The translations under genes and the position numbers were made by a program. Under the pieces are notes generated by a model. It was not told where the DNA came from. It saw only the letters and a program-made list of their open reading frames with translations, and did no database searches. DNA of 64,000 nucleotides from Octopus vulgaris (lineage: Eukaryota), in assembly GCA_951406725.2 (NCBI GenBank), contig OX597818.1:90768001-90832000 (forward strand), given 5' to 3'. Positions within the stretch are counted from its first letter, which is position 1. Each line of letters starts with the position of its first letter. This document shows, piece by piece, positions 27,148 through 41,138 of the stretch.

Positions 27148-27401
27148 TCTCGTTTTATCCTTCGAAACGTAGAGTTGAAACCATAGCGACTGAAGAAGGG
27201 TTTTTCTTTGTGTTAATTGTCCTGTACTCATTTTGTTGTTTTTAAAAAATGTCCAGTTCTTTGGTTTGTGTCTATGTTTTGTTTTCATTGTGTTCGACGT
27301 CCTTTGGTGTCCTGTACTCATATATGCGTGTATATGTACATGTATAGGTACGTACATATATGTTTATATATATGATATGTTTTATTTCATTTATTAATAT
27401 A

Positions 27402-27474
<73 letters not shown>

Positions 27475-27489
27475 GATAAATGATAAATC

Positions 27490-27537
<48 letters not shown>

Positions 27538-28294
27538 GATAAATGATAAATGTAATGATGACTTCAGTAGCTCACAGTTGTTTCTGCTACAACATGCAAT
27601 GCATTCATAATCCCGTGCTTGGGTATCACACTGTAGCTTCATCGGAGCTTCAAAAATCTAAACCTACGTGGTAGAAATACAAGCATGATAAATTTAACTA
27701 TGTCTCCGTAGACTGAAAAGATGATGAACAGCTTTAATCGAGTTTCGAACCTTATTGAGTTCTCATCAAAGGAGTGTACATCATTTGACCAATCCCGCCA
27801 ACATAAAGCAGTATCTTCGCAATTTCCGTGTACAAAATGCACTCATAAGCCATTAGTCGGCCGTGATGCGTTGCATAGGGACTGCTCCTGAGGCTACATC
27901 GTTCTCGTTACCAAGCCAGTCTCTTAACCACAAAGCTATGTCTATGTTGTTTGTTTTTTGTTTATTTTTTTGTTGTTTTTTAAAATTCTCTTTTATTTTA
28001 TATTCAGTTTTTTTTTGCTAGCTAACTTGTTATCAAGTACGTTAGGCTATCGAACATTCAAGGAATATAAAGATTCGTTTTCGTTATGCCACTGGTGAAG
28101 GCTATAGATATTTTTTAATGCTATTATGACAACGCTATCATTACAAACATTACAAACCACAAAATAAGCAAAGAATAGGGGATTGAACAGGAGATGACAA
28201 AAACAGGAGCAATTTCATAAGATTATGCTAATACCAGGGAGGTAACTCTTAAACATAATCTGCTTCCATTAAAACGTCAATAGGTGAATGTTAG

Positions 28295-29060
28295 AAGGCG
28301 GCGAGCTGCCAGAAACGTTAGCATGTCGGGCGAAATGGTTAGCGGTATTTCGTCTGTCGATACGTCTGAGTTCAAATTCCGCCGAGGTCGACATTGCCTT
28401 TCATCCTTTCGGGGTCGATAAATTAAGTACCAGTTACGCACTGGGGTCGATGTAATCGACTTAATACCTATGTCTGTCCTTGTTTATCCCCTCTGTGTGT
28501 AGCCTCTTGTGGGTAGTAAAGAAATAGGTATTTCGTTCTGAGTTCAAATTCCGCCGAGGTTGACTTTGCCTTTCATCCTTTCGGGGTCGATAAATTAAAT
28601 ACCAGTTACGCACTGGGGTAGATGTAATCGATTTAATCCGTTTGTCTGTCCTTGTTTGTCCCGTCTGTGTTTAGTCCTTTGTGGATAGTAAAGAAATAGG
28701 TATTTCGTCTGCCGTTACGTTCTGAGTTCAAATTCCGCCGAGGTTGACTTTGCTTTTCATCCTTTCGGGGTCGATTAAATAAGTACCAGTTAATCACTGG
28801 GGTCGATGTAATCGACTTCATCCCCTTGTCTGTCCTTGTTTGTCCCCTCTATATTTAGCACCCTGCGGGTAATAAACAAATATACGCTTAGCGGATTTCG
28901 TCTGCCTTTGCGCTCTGAGTTCAAATTCCATCGAAGTCGACTTCGCCTTTCTTCCTTTCGGGGTCGATAAATTAAGTACCAGTTGCGTGCTAAGATCGAT
29001 CAAATCGATTGCTCCCCACTCCCCTAAAATTTTCAGGGCTTTTACCTAGAGTAGAAAAGA
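28295..29060 (+). mobile_element. SINE family A with one head and four head-to-tail body units
   Basis: Unit ctgagttcaaattcc...aagtaccag...gggtagtaaagaaataggtatttcg recurs at ~170-190-bp spacing. Confidence 0.85.
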
Positions 29061-29309
29061 ATATGTGAATGTTACAAGACTCAGTGTGATAATTAGAATG
29101 TGGTTGTGAATATATGTAGGTGATGTGTGTGTGTGTGTTTTACATAATTATTTATGTATAAATATGTAGATATATGCACATGTATATTCTTTATTTATAC
29201 AAAATACACACACACACACATATGCGTATATATGTGATGTGTGTGTGCGGGTCTCTGTATATCACTATACATACTTACATACATATGTATACATATATAT
29301 ATACACACG

Positions 29310-29361
<52 letters not shown>

Positions 29362-29371
29362 CACACACACG

Positions 29372-29441
<70 letters not shown>

Positions 29442-30012
29442 CATATATTTGTAAACATGTGTCAGTATGTTGGGGTGAGGAGGGGACGACAAGGCTTTTG
29501 TCGCGAAAGGAAAAGAAACTTAATAAGATTCTAAAACGAAAAAAGAAAAAAGAAAAACATAAAGCAAAACGGGAAGTGTGAATGACTGTAATGTCTAAAA
29601 GTAAAAATACCATAAAAAGCAAAAGCGAAAAACAAAAGACCAAAACTCTTAATTCAATAACAATGCCAACATTAAAACTAAATGCAGTTCCAGCAACAAC
29701 AGTAAAAACTAAAACAAAATACCACATACCTCCTTCCCATTCGCTTTCCCCCCTGTTTACTAAAAGAATCAGCACTGTTGCATTCATTCATGTATATTGG
29801 AACGTAGGTGTAAAGATTTGAATGGTCATTTGAGAAAGCAAACACTTGCATGTTGTACCGCGGTCACAGTGAAAAGGAGAGCAAATAGGGTGTAGAAAAT
29901 TAAAAAAAAGAAGCTAGCGAAATAGTAGAGAGAAAGAGTAGAGAGAGACTGAACTAGTAGACATAGAGAGAAAGAAGAGGTGGTAAGAAAGACAAACAGT
30001 TTGGTTGGTACA

Positions 30013-30067
30013 TAGATAGATTGATAGATAAATAGATAGGCAGAGAGACTCAGAACCATATAGGCGA

Positions 30068-30152
<85 letters not shown>

Positions 30153-30173
30153 CAAAGCGCCATATAGGCGAAT

Positions 30174-30262
<89 letters not shown>
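30013..30262 (+). repeat. Compound (GATA)n microsatellite immediately upstream of the gene 2 ATG
   Basis: Seen directly; contains two copies of ccatataggcgaatag. Confidence 0.9.
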
Positions 30263-30263
<1 letters not shown>

Positions 30264-30303
30264 ATTTCTAGAGGTTCTAAGAGACAAACGGAACACGATT
30301 ACG

Positions 30304-30436
30304 ATGCAGGAATATACATTACATTATTTCAATAGGCGCGGCCGAGCTGAAATATGTCGTCTGCTTTTTGCACTGGCTGATATTCCTTACACCGATAAAC
30401 GTATCGACTTTTCCAAATGGGATAGCATGAAAAACA
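30304..30436 (+). CDS. S-crystallin-like gene 2, exon 1 (ATG; 133 nt)
   Basis: [44 protein letters not shown] + A|gtaagt; sigma-GST N-terminal motif Y.L.YF..RGR.E..R with catalytic-position Tyr8. Confidence 0.93.
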
Positions 30437-31291
30437 GTAAGTAGATAATATTCTTACAATCTTCATACAATATGCTTTTTCTTCCTGGAATATTTCCTTG
30501 TTTTCATGCTTTTTTTCATATACCACCTAATAAATTTTCTTTTTCAAGTATGTATGTATGTATGTATGTGTATGAATACATGCATACATACATACATACG
30601 TACATACATACATACATACATACACACCTCTTACCTTTTATTTTATTTTATTTTTTTAATTATTTGTTTCAGTCATTTGACTGCGGCTATGTTGTGGCCC
30701 CGCCTTGAAAGGTTTTAGTCGAACAAATCGACACCAGGACTTCATTTTTAAGTCAATTACTTATTCAATCGTTTTTGTTTTTTGTTTTTTGCCGAACCGG
30801 GGACATAAGTATTCCAAGGCTGCTTGTCAAACAAGGGTGGGGACAAACAAAGGCACAAAGACACGTGCAAACATAGATGTATACATAGATATATATATAC
30901 GACGGCCTTTTTTCAGTCTCTGTCTACCAAATCCACTCACAAGGCTATATATATATATATGCATTCACAATACACAAACATACACGCGTACACAAACGTA
31001 CACACGCACACACAAACACAAACTCACACACGCACATACACACAAACACACATCATATCTCCTGTTTTATTAAATCGTTTTTTCGGACAAACTGTTTTTG
31101 CATGGGACCAACCAGGTGAAAACTGGGTATGTTTTAAACCAGTTTTGACCCTTGGATTGGGACTTCGTTTCCAGATCATAAATACAAAGCCACGGTTTCT
31201 ATTAGTAATTAGATTTATGATTTTGCGGTCATATTTCGCTGTAAAACGACACTCACACACATACTCACATACACGCCCATATGTACTTACC

Positions 31292-31340
<49 letters not shown>

Positions 31341-31519
31341 TATAATATTTTATACAAAAATAAATATAATATAGTGGTCACTATTTATTTATTTTTGTAT
31401 AAAATATTATAATATGTTATAAAATAATATAATAATCCAGGTTTCTGGTAGGTACTGGGCCACTTGGTGTTGAATAGGTATACTATTAAATTAGTATCTA
31501 ATTCTCTCACCCTTATTAA

Positions 31520-31593
<74 letters not shown>

Positions 31594-31630
31594 TACAACC
31601 GATATATATATATATAGCGATATACATATA

Positions 31631-31675
<45 letters not shown>

Positions 31676-32191
31676 CATATATAATATATATACATATATA
31701 TATATATACATATATACACACCGAATTATATATATATATATATATGTATACATATATATATAAACACACATGCAAACACAGACACATAAACACACACACA
31801 TACACACACATACATAAACACACACATATATATAAGTCTCTGAGTGTTCGTGTAATGAATTCTATCTACCACTTACTGGTTGGCAACTGGTATTCATTTG
31901 CTTACAACCCCTAAACTAGCAATTCTGCAAAGGATCCCAATTGAGAACATAACAGGAGTAGCTTTGCTCGACAAATCCCTTCCAGCTAATGTTCCAACAT
32001 GGCCGCATTTTCAAAGGTGAAAAATAATAAAATATAAAATCCAGAATACCTTGGAGTATGCTACCAGTTGCACATTGTGTGATTAGTAGTAAAAAAACGT
32101 GTGGTGTCGTATATTTTCTCTGTAGGTATCAATCATATTAAGATTCTTGTTCAGGCTCTTCCTTCTAAAATGTGCTCTATGCTTTTTTAGA

Positions 32192-32447
32192 GGAGGCGCG
32201 TGGCTTAGTGGTTAGGGCGTCAGCATCATGATCGTAAGATTGTGGTTTCGATTCCTGGACCGGGCGACGCGTTGTGTTCTTGAGCAAAACACGTCATTTC
32301 ATGTTGCTCCAGTCCACTCAGCTGGCAAAAATGAGTAACGCTGCAATGGACCTGGCGTTCGTTCGGCTGAGGAACTCATACGCCATCGAAACCAGGAAAC
32401 CGGGCCCATGAGACTGGCTAGGCTTTAAAGGGGCGCATTTATTTATT
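32192..32447 (+). mobile_element. SINE family D head with tail type 2
   Basis: ggaggcgcgtggcttagtggttaggg...ggtttcgattcctgg; tail gaaaccgggcccatgag.ctggctaggctttaaa. Confidence 0.85.
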
Positions 32448-32507
32448 ATGCTATTTTTAAGTGTTTGGTTGTAGTATTTATCGTTCACGAATCAGCCTCG
32501 TTGGAAA

Positions 32508-33015
<508 letters not shown>

Positions 33016-33322
33016 ACCCTGTAAACTAGCGGCCCAGTAAAGGACCCCGAAACAAATCAAAATAGCAGTAGCATTGCTCGACAAACCCCTTCCAGCCAAT
33101 GTTCAACACGGTCGCATTTCCATCGCTGTAAAACAATAAAGCCTAAAATCAAAAAAAAAAGAAAAAACATGGAATAAGCTACTGCTAATATTTATTCCTC
33201 CCGATTGATAAATTATCGTACAAGTCAAGCATTAGAGCCGATATAATCGGCTAAATGATCGCCCACACAGAAATTGTGGTTTTGCGGATATATAAGAAGG
33301 AATCGATATTTCTATATTTCAG

Positions 33323-33418
33323 AAATGCCATGTTGTATGCTGCCGATTCTGGAGATTGATCGTAAAATTCAGGTTCCACAAAGTATGACAATTTCGAGAT
33401 ATTTAGCAAACGAATTCG
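33323..33418 (+). CDS. S-crystallin-like gene 2, exon 2 (96 nt)
   Basis: tatatttcag|AA ATG ... TTC G|gtaagt; [31 protein letters not shown]. Confidence 0.95.
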
Positions 33419-33432
33419 GTAAGTATCAATTG

Positions 33433-33495
<63 letters not shown>

Positions 33496-34421
33496 GATGA
33501 ATGAATTATCCTTTGTTTACCGTTTACATGGAAAATTCAATAAACAGATACCAGGGTAGCAAAATTCACGCAAGTAACAAGGATGTAGCGACCTGTTCAA
33601 AGGTAGAAACTCCGGGTTAATGTGCAGTAATTTGTGTAGTATAAGTAAATAAATGGAGTTGAACGTAGATGTCATTCAAATTCATTTACTTTCGACTTAT
33701 GTTTCGGTTTTATTCCAAAGGAATAAACGGTGTAATATGCAATCTTTTCATCAGGAGAGAAAGAGAACCTATCTCAACAACATGGCATTATAACAATTTT
33801 GATGACTGCATAAATGATAAACAGAACGTTATCAAGTATTTTGAAAAAGCCGTTAGTAGATTTGACGTCAAAGGCAGATACTAGAAAGAGAAGGGGTAAA
33901 GAAATAATAAGTAGAGAACAAATAAAGAGGGATATGATAGTTGAAAAAATGTTCAAATGCCTGGAAGTAGATTTCTCTATTGAAGTAAAGTGCAAGTTAA
34001 ACTAACTGTCCAAACTATAGAGTCTGGTAAAATTACTTATATGAGCTAAAGGTATGTTTCTGCCAGTGCTTACATTTATAAGATCGCTCTATAAGTGTGT
34101 TAACAAGGTGATTCTTAGAGAAGAGAATATGGAAGAGTTCAGAGTTGCAAATGTTACAAAATTCTTTGCACTTATCATAAGGAAAAGATATGGACAGGAT
34201 GAACCAGTCTAACTTAAAATCCTTATTGTTGTCTTTAAGATACCAAACCAATTTACTTAGCCCTGTGCTATGACGTTTACTGCTATCCCTAAATGAAGAA
34301 TAATGATTGGAAATTCTCTTAGATAGCGGGGAAGAGGATGCGCCAATGTAGAAGTAGACATTGGTAATTTCGTTTCAATGGAATAAACTTTTATCTGTTT
34401 TTATTTTTGTGGCTTTTATAG

Positions 34422-34537
34422 GGTTCCACGGCAGCAATAATATCGAAAAGGCGAAAATTGAAAGCATCACAGATTGTTTATATGATGTGTTTGATAATTA
34501 TATGAGGATGTTTTACGACAGAAATGGGCGAAAAGTG
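34422..34537 (+). CDS. S-crystallin-like gene 2, exon 3 (116 nt)
   Basis: cttttatag|GG TTC ... GTG|gttagt; GFHGSNNIEKAKIESITDCLYDVFDNYMRMFYDRNGRKV. Confidence 0.93.
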
Positions 34538-35099
34538 GTTAGTAAAGAAATAGAACTTTTCTCATTAATTTATTATGTGCAATAAACATTTTACTAACTG
34601 GAAGCAACTTCAGGTTAGTTTCCTGTTCGTAGACTGTGCTGGACCAAAAAGCAATGTTTGATTATATGCTTTTTTTTTAATTCTAAGCAAATTGCTATTG
34701 GTTAACATTTTATATATGCTGTAGAGTAGAACGCTATTATTGTCAGAGTACTATTTTAACTATCACTCCCCTTTTATCGTAGCTAACGATACCATCTGCA
34801 TTTTTCAACCCTCCTTACTACAACCACACCCATTAACATAACTACAATTGCATATATCAACATCATCACTATCAGTACCAAAACAAAGGCTACCCTAATT
34901 AGCTCCCCCTAAAAACCTTAACTCCACAATCCAACAAAAGCCAACTCTCTATTTGAAGCGTATACTCGTACAAAAGACAGGCATATTGAATTATGTATTT
35001 AGGGGTGCACTAAGCACAGTGATTACTGAGAGTTCAGTTGGTCATGGATTATAATAGGTCTGCACGTTTAGAGCTGACAAGAGGCTAACAGAGAACTTC

Positions 35100-35551
35100 C
35101 TATCTACCACCAGCCAACATATTTTCTCTGTCTGCCTTATCTTTAACATCCCTATGAAATTGACCATGCGTTCTTTTCTTTACCCACCTATTTTCGGTTT
35201 CATTTGTTTTCAATTACTTGTACAGTGCTTTATCTTTGCAATCTTTCATCCTAATAATGGCTGACCTTCTTCTAATAATGGCGGTTCTGTGGCATTTTTT
35301 ACATACCATACTATGTTGTTTTCTTTTGTTCTAATGCTATATTCGCATCCAATAAGTCCTCTTAGCCCTCTTTTTCTTGGTAAATACAGTCTGCATGTGT
35401 CACTTTTTAGGGAGAGTGTCCCATATCTAGTTAGCAACTTCCTTGTCTTTGTGTCTAAGCTGTTTACTTCTACTGTCCATGCGATTACCCTTGCTCCATA
35501 TCTTAGGAGTGAAACTGCCCAGGTGTTGATAGCTTCAAGCTTATTCCGACC
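35100..35551 (-). mobile_element. Non-LTR retrotransposon RT C-terminal fragment (R4/Dong-like), decayed
   Basis: AINTWAVSLLRYGA...TRKLLTRYGTLSLKSDTCRLYLPRKRGLRGL resembles the HPKxDxxRLYLPRKxGGRGL motif; abuts (TAT)n. Confidence 0.7.
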
Positions 35552-35623
<72 letters not shown>

Positions 35624-35632
35624 GATTATTAT

Positions 35633-36150
35633 TAAGTGAGAGAGCAGTGCATGCCATCAAAGTTACACTGGGATAAAATATACGAAGCCCAGTAAACCCC
35701 TCATGACTATCCGTCTGATAAGGGTACACTAGGCACATGCATCACAACCATACGTGTGCAACATGGTGATCTCATATCAAGAGATATGTAGGTGGGGCCC
35801 AGTTAGAATTTTCTTCTGGTCGAGTAACCCATCACGCTCAAAAGATCCCTGAATAAGGGTTGTTTAAGGATGTTGAACGAAACACCTATGTTTCCAGAGG
35901 TGAATTAATCTAACCACAAAAATCCCTCCCAACACATGGCGATGATGCTCCCCCACTACTTCTGCTCTAGATCACAGATGCACATATCGTCAGCCACTAA
36001 GGGACATGCTCAACTGATTACGGTCAAACAACTGACAAGCAAATCTCTGGTATTGAGCAGAATATTTGCTGTAACCCATCTTTTATACGAAGACAAAACA
36101 ATGTACTTGATAACACTTCCAATCAGTTAAGATGAGAATCCATGAGAGCC

Positions 36151-36151
<1 letters not shown>
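35633..36151. repeat. Unclassified ~520-bp insert bounded by (TAT)n tracts
   Basis: Higher-GC non-coding block between two (TAT)n arrays; no second copy seen in the window. Confidence 0.35.
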
Positions 36152-36213
<62 letters not shown>

Positions 36214-36218
36214 TTCAG

Positions 36219-36263
36219 AAACGTTTTTCGTCTGACATGAGAGGCAAATACACCGAAAATCAG
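36219..36263 (+). CDS. S-crystallin-like gene 2, exon 4 (short loop exon, 45 nt, phase 0/0)
   Basis: (tat)n-attttcag|AAA ... CAG|gtttgt; KRFSSDMRGKYTENQ, homologous to loop exon A of gene 1. Confidence 0.8.
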
Positions 36264-36511
36264 GTTTGTTTTTCTGATTCTACTTACCTTTCTAGTTGTC
36301 TTATTTGTATCCTTCCACGTTAATAGATTAATATATCTTTTTTCATATTACTTCTTTTGGGGAGCGCTATCTACACAATCACTTGGTCGTGTATATTGTT
36401 ACTGTAGTCAAGGAGTTTAACTGTCATTTGGTTTAACAATCAGGCTGTAAATACGAATTACAGAGCAATACAACTGTACTAAATAATTGTACATATATTG
36501 TGATCATTAAT

Positions 36512-36830
36512 GTGGAGGCGCTATGGCCCAGTGGTTAGGGCAGCGGACACGTGGTCGTAGAATCGCAGTTTCGATTCACGACCGGACGTTGTGAGTGTTT
36601 ATTGTGCGAAAACACCTAAAGCTCCACGAGGCTCCGGCAGGCAGTGGTGGCGAACCCTGCAGTACTCTTTCGCCACCACTTTCTCTAATACTTTCTTCTG
36701 TTGGCCTGCTCGCTTAGCCAGCGGGGTGACGTCATTTGAAGGCTTAAACAATCATTTGAATCGCATTGTGATCAGCGATGTGTAACAAAATCTGATAGCC
36801 TGGTCGGTCACGGTGATCACGGTGATATTA
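36512..36830 (+). mobile_element. SINE family C head with tail type 3, 11-bp TSD
   Basis: TSD tgatcattaat at 36501-36511 and 36831-36841; tail ...tctgatagcctggtcggtca shared with 44815-44940. Confidence 0.88.
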
Positions 36831-37308
36831 TGATCATTAATATTGCCCTGTACTGTATATGTCTTGCCTCGAGTCCTCCACACGATGATTGAATGGTAGA
36901 GCCGCCGTCGTCCTATACAGTGCGTTTGGACAATTTTAGATTTAGAGGAGACCTTCCTCTTTAGACCTAACTCAATTAGGTACTTCTGGGAAGAGAAAGA
37001 AACAAGAAAAGAGAGGAAGAGAAGAAATGGGCCCAGAAGAAAATCGGTGCTATATTTATCAACCTCATCCACATGAAGGTCAAAATTGGTCTTTTTGGAA
37101 TTTCAAGCTGGAGCAATGAAAGCTGTTACAATCCTCGCAAAACAATGTTTCCAACTCATTAAAAATTCATCAATATAGAGTATATATATATATATAGAGA
37201 GAAAGAGAGAGAGAGAGTATATATATACTCTATATATACAGACTTTGTTGCATGAAGTCACAATATTACTTATATATATGTGCGTGTGTGTCTGTGTGTG
37301 AGTGTGTG

Positions 37309-37361
<53 letters not shown>

Positions 37362-37458
37362 GCACTTTTTATATTTTATATATAATACTTTTTTTTATAT
37401 CCTACCCTTCAAATACAGCTGCTTGGAAATCGACGCAAGTGACCATTATAATACACAG

Positions 37459-37520
<62 letters not shown>

Positions 37521-37521
37521 G

Positions 37522-37585
<64 letters not shown>

Positions 37586-38149
37586 GGTGTACCAACATGT
37601 GATCTGTTCTCTGAGCGAACAAAATTTTGACAATTTTTCTGAAAAAAAACAATCTATTCCCTTCACATTGTTTGTATAGCTCTCAATTTTCCTCTGCCCT
37701 CATTCCTACACTGCCAAAACTTTGTCCACTCTTCTCTCTCCTCCTCTCTCTTCTCTCCCATGTTTCTCTGTATAAATATTCTTTCCCATTTGTATAAATA
37801 TTCTTTCCCCCGTAACATAGCGGTTCAGCAAAAGAGACCGATAGAATAAGTACTAGACTTACAAAGAATAAGTGATGGGGTCGATTTGCTCGACTAAACG
37901 TGGTGCTCCAGCATGACCGCCGTTAAATGACTGAAACAAGTAAAAGAGTAAAAGAGTAAAGAGTAATATACTACTCAATGCCATTAGAAGCTAGCTAGTT
38001 CTGACTCCATCGACATGAATATTATAACAAAGATTTGGAGTGGCTTCATTCGAGCGCCCTGCAACCCTTTTTTCACTTGCGGTACGCTAAAATTCGTTTC
38101 AAAATTCGGTGGCACACCTGAACTAAAAATATAACTAAAAGTAAAGGTG

Positions 38150-38618
38150 TAGGAGTGGCTGTGTGGTAGTAGCTTGCTTACGAACGACATGGTTCCGGGT
38201 TCAGTCCCACTATGTGGCACCTTGGGCAAGTGTCTTCTACTATAGCGTCGGGCCGAGCAAAGCCTTGTGAGTGGATTTGATAGACGGAAACTGAAAGAAG
38301 CCCGTCGTATATATGTATGTGTGTGTATATGTTTGTGTATCTGTGTCTGTGTTTGCCCCTCCCCGCGTCGTATATATGTATATGTGTGTGTGTGTGTATG
38401 TGTATACGTTTGTGTGTCTGTGTTTGTCTCCCCAACATCGCTTGACAACCGATGCTGGTGTGTTTACGTCCCCGTAACTTCGTGGTTCGGCAAAAGAGAC
38501 CGACAGAACAATTACTAGGCTCACAAAGAATAAGTCCTGGGGTCAATATGTTTGATTAAAAAAGGTGGTGCTCCAGCATTGCCGCAGTCAAATGACTGAA
38601 ACAAGTCAAAGAGTAAAG
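38150..38618 (+). mobile_element. SINE family B, full length
   Basis: Complete head, TG-rich middle and ...gactgaaacaagt.aaagagtaaa tail. Confidence 0.88.
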
Positions 38619-38785
38619 AGGGGAAATTTTTATTCAGGTTACACCTATCATTGTGCCGCGGCACACCAGTGTGCCACAGCATTCCGGCTGCAGAACACTG
38701 ATCTATTCGACTTGAGTAGAAAATATGGTAGAATGCATCGCTTCTGAGCTTAACACGCCATACACATACGCCACACATACAGACA

Positions 38786-38831
<46 letters not shown>

Positions 38832-39377
38832 TACACACACATAAACACACAATTATATGTTTTAATTTTTCAAATCATAATACTGTAACCATGCCTGAAC
38901 ATCGCTTTGAAGAATTTTAGTCGAATGAATTGATCCCAGTACAATTATTTCTAAGCCTGATACTCATTCTATCGGTAATTTTTGCCGAACCGCATCTTAC
39001 GGGGTCGTAAAGACACCAAAACCCGTTGTCAAGCGGTGGTGTGGAACAAACATAGGATAGACTCACACAGACAGACAAAGTCAGACAGACAGACACGCAC
39101 ACACACACATTTTATATCATTTTCTGTCTACCAAACCCACTCAGAAGGTTGTGGTAAGTCAGTGGATATAGTAAAATACAGTAGTCCAAGATTCCAGGCA
39201 GTATGCACGTGCATGCGTGTGTCTGAGCGTGCACGTGGCGCTCGAGTGTTTCTTACCTACATTACTTGAAAACCGATGTCATTTTCTTTACGTCTCTGTA
39301 ACATAGCGGATCGGCAAAATGGTCCAATATAATAAGTACCAGGCTTAAATGAAATAAGCACTGGGTTTGATTTGTTC

Positions 39378-39661
39378 GCGGAGGCGCAATGGTTAGGGCA
39401 GCGGATTCGCGGTCGAAGGATCGCGGTTTCGATTCCCAAACCGGGCGTTGTGTGCGTTTATTGGGCGAAAACACCTAAAGCTCCACGAGGCTCCGGCAGG
39501 GGATGGTGGTGACTTTCTCTCACTCTTTCTTCCTGTTTCTTGAATAACGCTGCGATGGACTGGCGTTCCATCCAGCTGGGGGGAATACATACTCCACAGA
39601 AACCGTGAAAACCGGGCCCATGAACCTGGCTACGCTTGAAAAGGGCGTATAAATAAAATAA
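39378..39661 (+). mobile_element. SINE family C head with tail type 2, nested in a family B tail
   Basis: TSD ttgatttgttc at 39367-39377 and 39662-39672; host sequence resumes after the TSD. Confidence 0.88.
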
Positions 39662-39832
39662 TTGATTTGTTCCACTAAACCCTTGAAGGTGGTACTCCAA
39701 CGTGGCCGTATTCTGATGACTGAAACAAGTAAGAGATAAAAGATAGAATATAACTGTTTTCTAGCATGTTAAAGCGTTTTGTTTAAAAGTCAAGATGTTT
39801 GTTTATATTTTGTACTATGCATTGTTATACAA

Positions 39833-40060
39833 GTGGAGGCGCGTGGATTAGTGGTTAGGGTGTCAGCATCATGATCCTGGACCGAGCGGCGCTTTGCGTT
39901 CTTGGGCAAAACACATCATTTCACGTTGCTCCAGTACACTCAGCTGGCAAAAATGAGTAACGCTGCGATGGACTGGCGAGCCGTCCAGCTGGGGAAGACA
40001 TAAGCCATAGAAACCGGGTCCATGAGCCTGGTAAGGCTTTAAAAGGGCGCAAATAAAGAA
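39833..40060 (+). mobile_element. SINE family D head with tail type 2
   Basis: Matches 32192-32447; ttatacaa on both flanks. Confidence 0.85.
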
Positions 40061-40435
40061 GAATTCTTATACAAAATAATACCATTAAGAAATATTGAAG
40101 TTTCGTTAAAAACAAAACGACAGCTCATGGAACTGATCCAGGTTTAAACGCTTGTAAAAAGTGAATGAAACAAAACAAAAAATTAAAGAATAGGGTAATA
40201 ACAAAAATACATTTCAAGAGAGACTACTGTAATAAAAGCGAGACAATTCTGGCATTTAGACAAAATGTCTTGGCAAGAACTTTGTAAATATTTTGTAGCA
40301 AAAATACATCTGGTACAACTAAACACATTTGGGTGCAAATGAAGTAACTAAAATATAACAAGTTTGACTATAATTGTATGAAACTACACCGCCTCTGCAA
40401 CTGTCTGTTTTGTCTGGCTGTTTGTCTCTCAATCT

Positions 40436-40492
<57 letters not shown>

Positions 40493-40747
40493 ATTGCATG
40501 AGGCAGCTATTCAGCACAGTTTCACCAAGAGGGAAAACAATAATTGCCATTAAATAGGACTGAGGGTGTTACAACGTCTACACTGCTAGAGATTGGAGCT
40601 GCAGGGCTCTGTTGCTCCTGTTAACGCATATAAATTGTATTGATACATGCTGGCCGCTGCCGTAAACATCCCGGTCGCTGCCTGCATGTATGTATAGAAT
40701 GTATATATATTCATAACAAGCATGCACTTATATGTATGTATATATAT

Positions 40748-40788
<41 letters not shown>

Positions 40789-41072
40789 CATACTTGGAAA
40801 TGGATACGTGGCGTTCGACTCCTGTACCCATATATACGTATGTGTGTGTGTGTGTGTATTTGTGTGTGTGTGTATGTGTGTGTGTGTGTGTGTGTATGTG
40901 TATGCATGTGCCCGCGCGCATGAGTGAGGGAGAGAGAAAGAAAGAGGAAAATGAGAGATGTGGTTTATTAGTAAAAGGTGTTTCGTTCACGATCAGAATG
41001 ATGAGGATTCGATTCCTGGAACAGATTGTACGTTGTATCATTGAGAGAGAATCTTCATTTCACGGTACATAC

Positions 41073-41138
<66 letters not shown>

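Noticed and set aside
28295-29060. Regularly spaced repeats suggestive of a CRISPR array
   Set aside because: Units are ~170-190 bp and homologous throughout, with no unique spacers or cas genes; eukaryotic context
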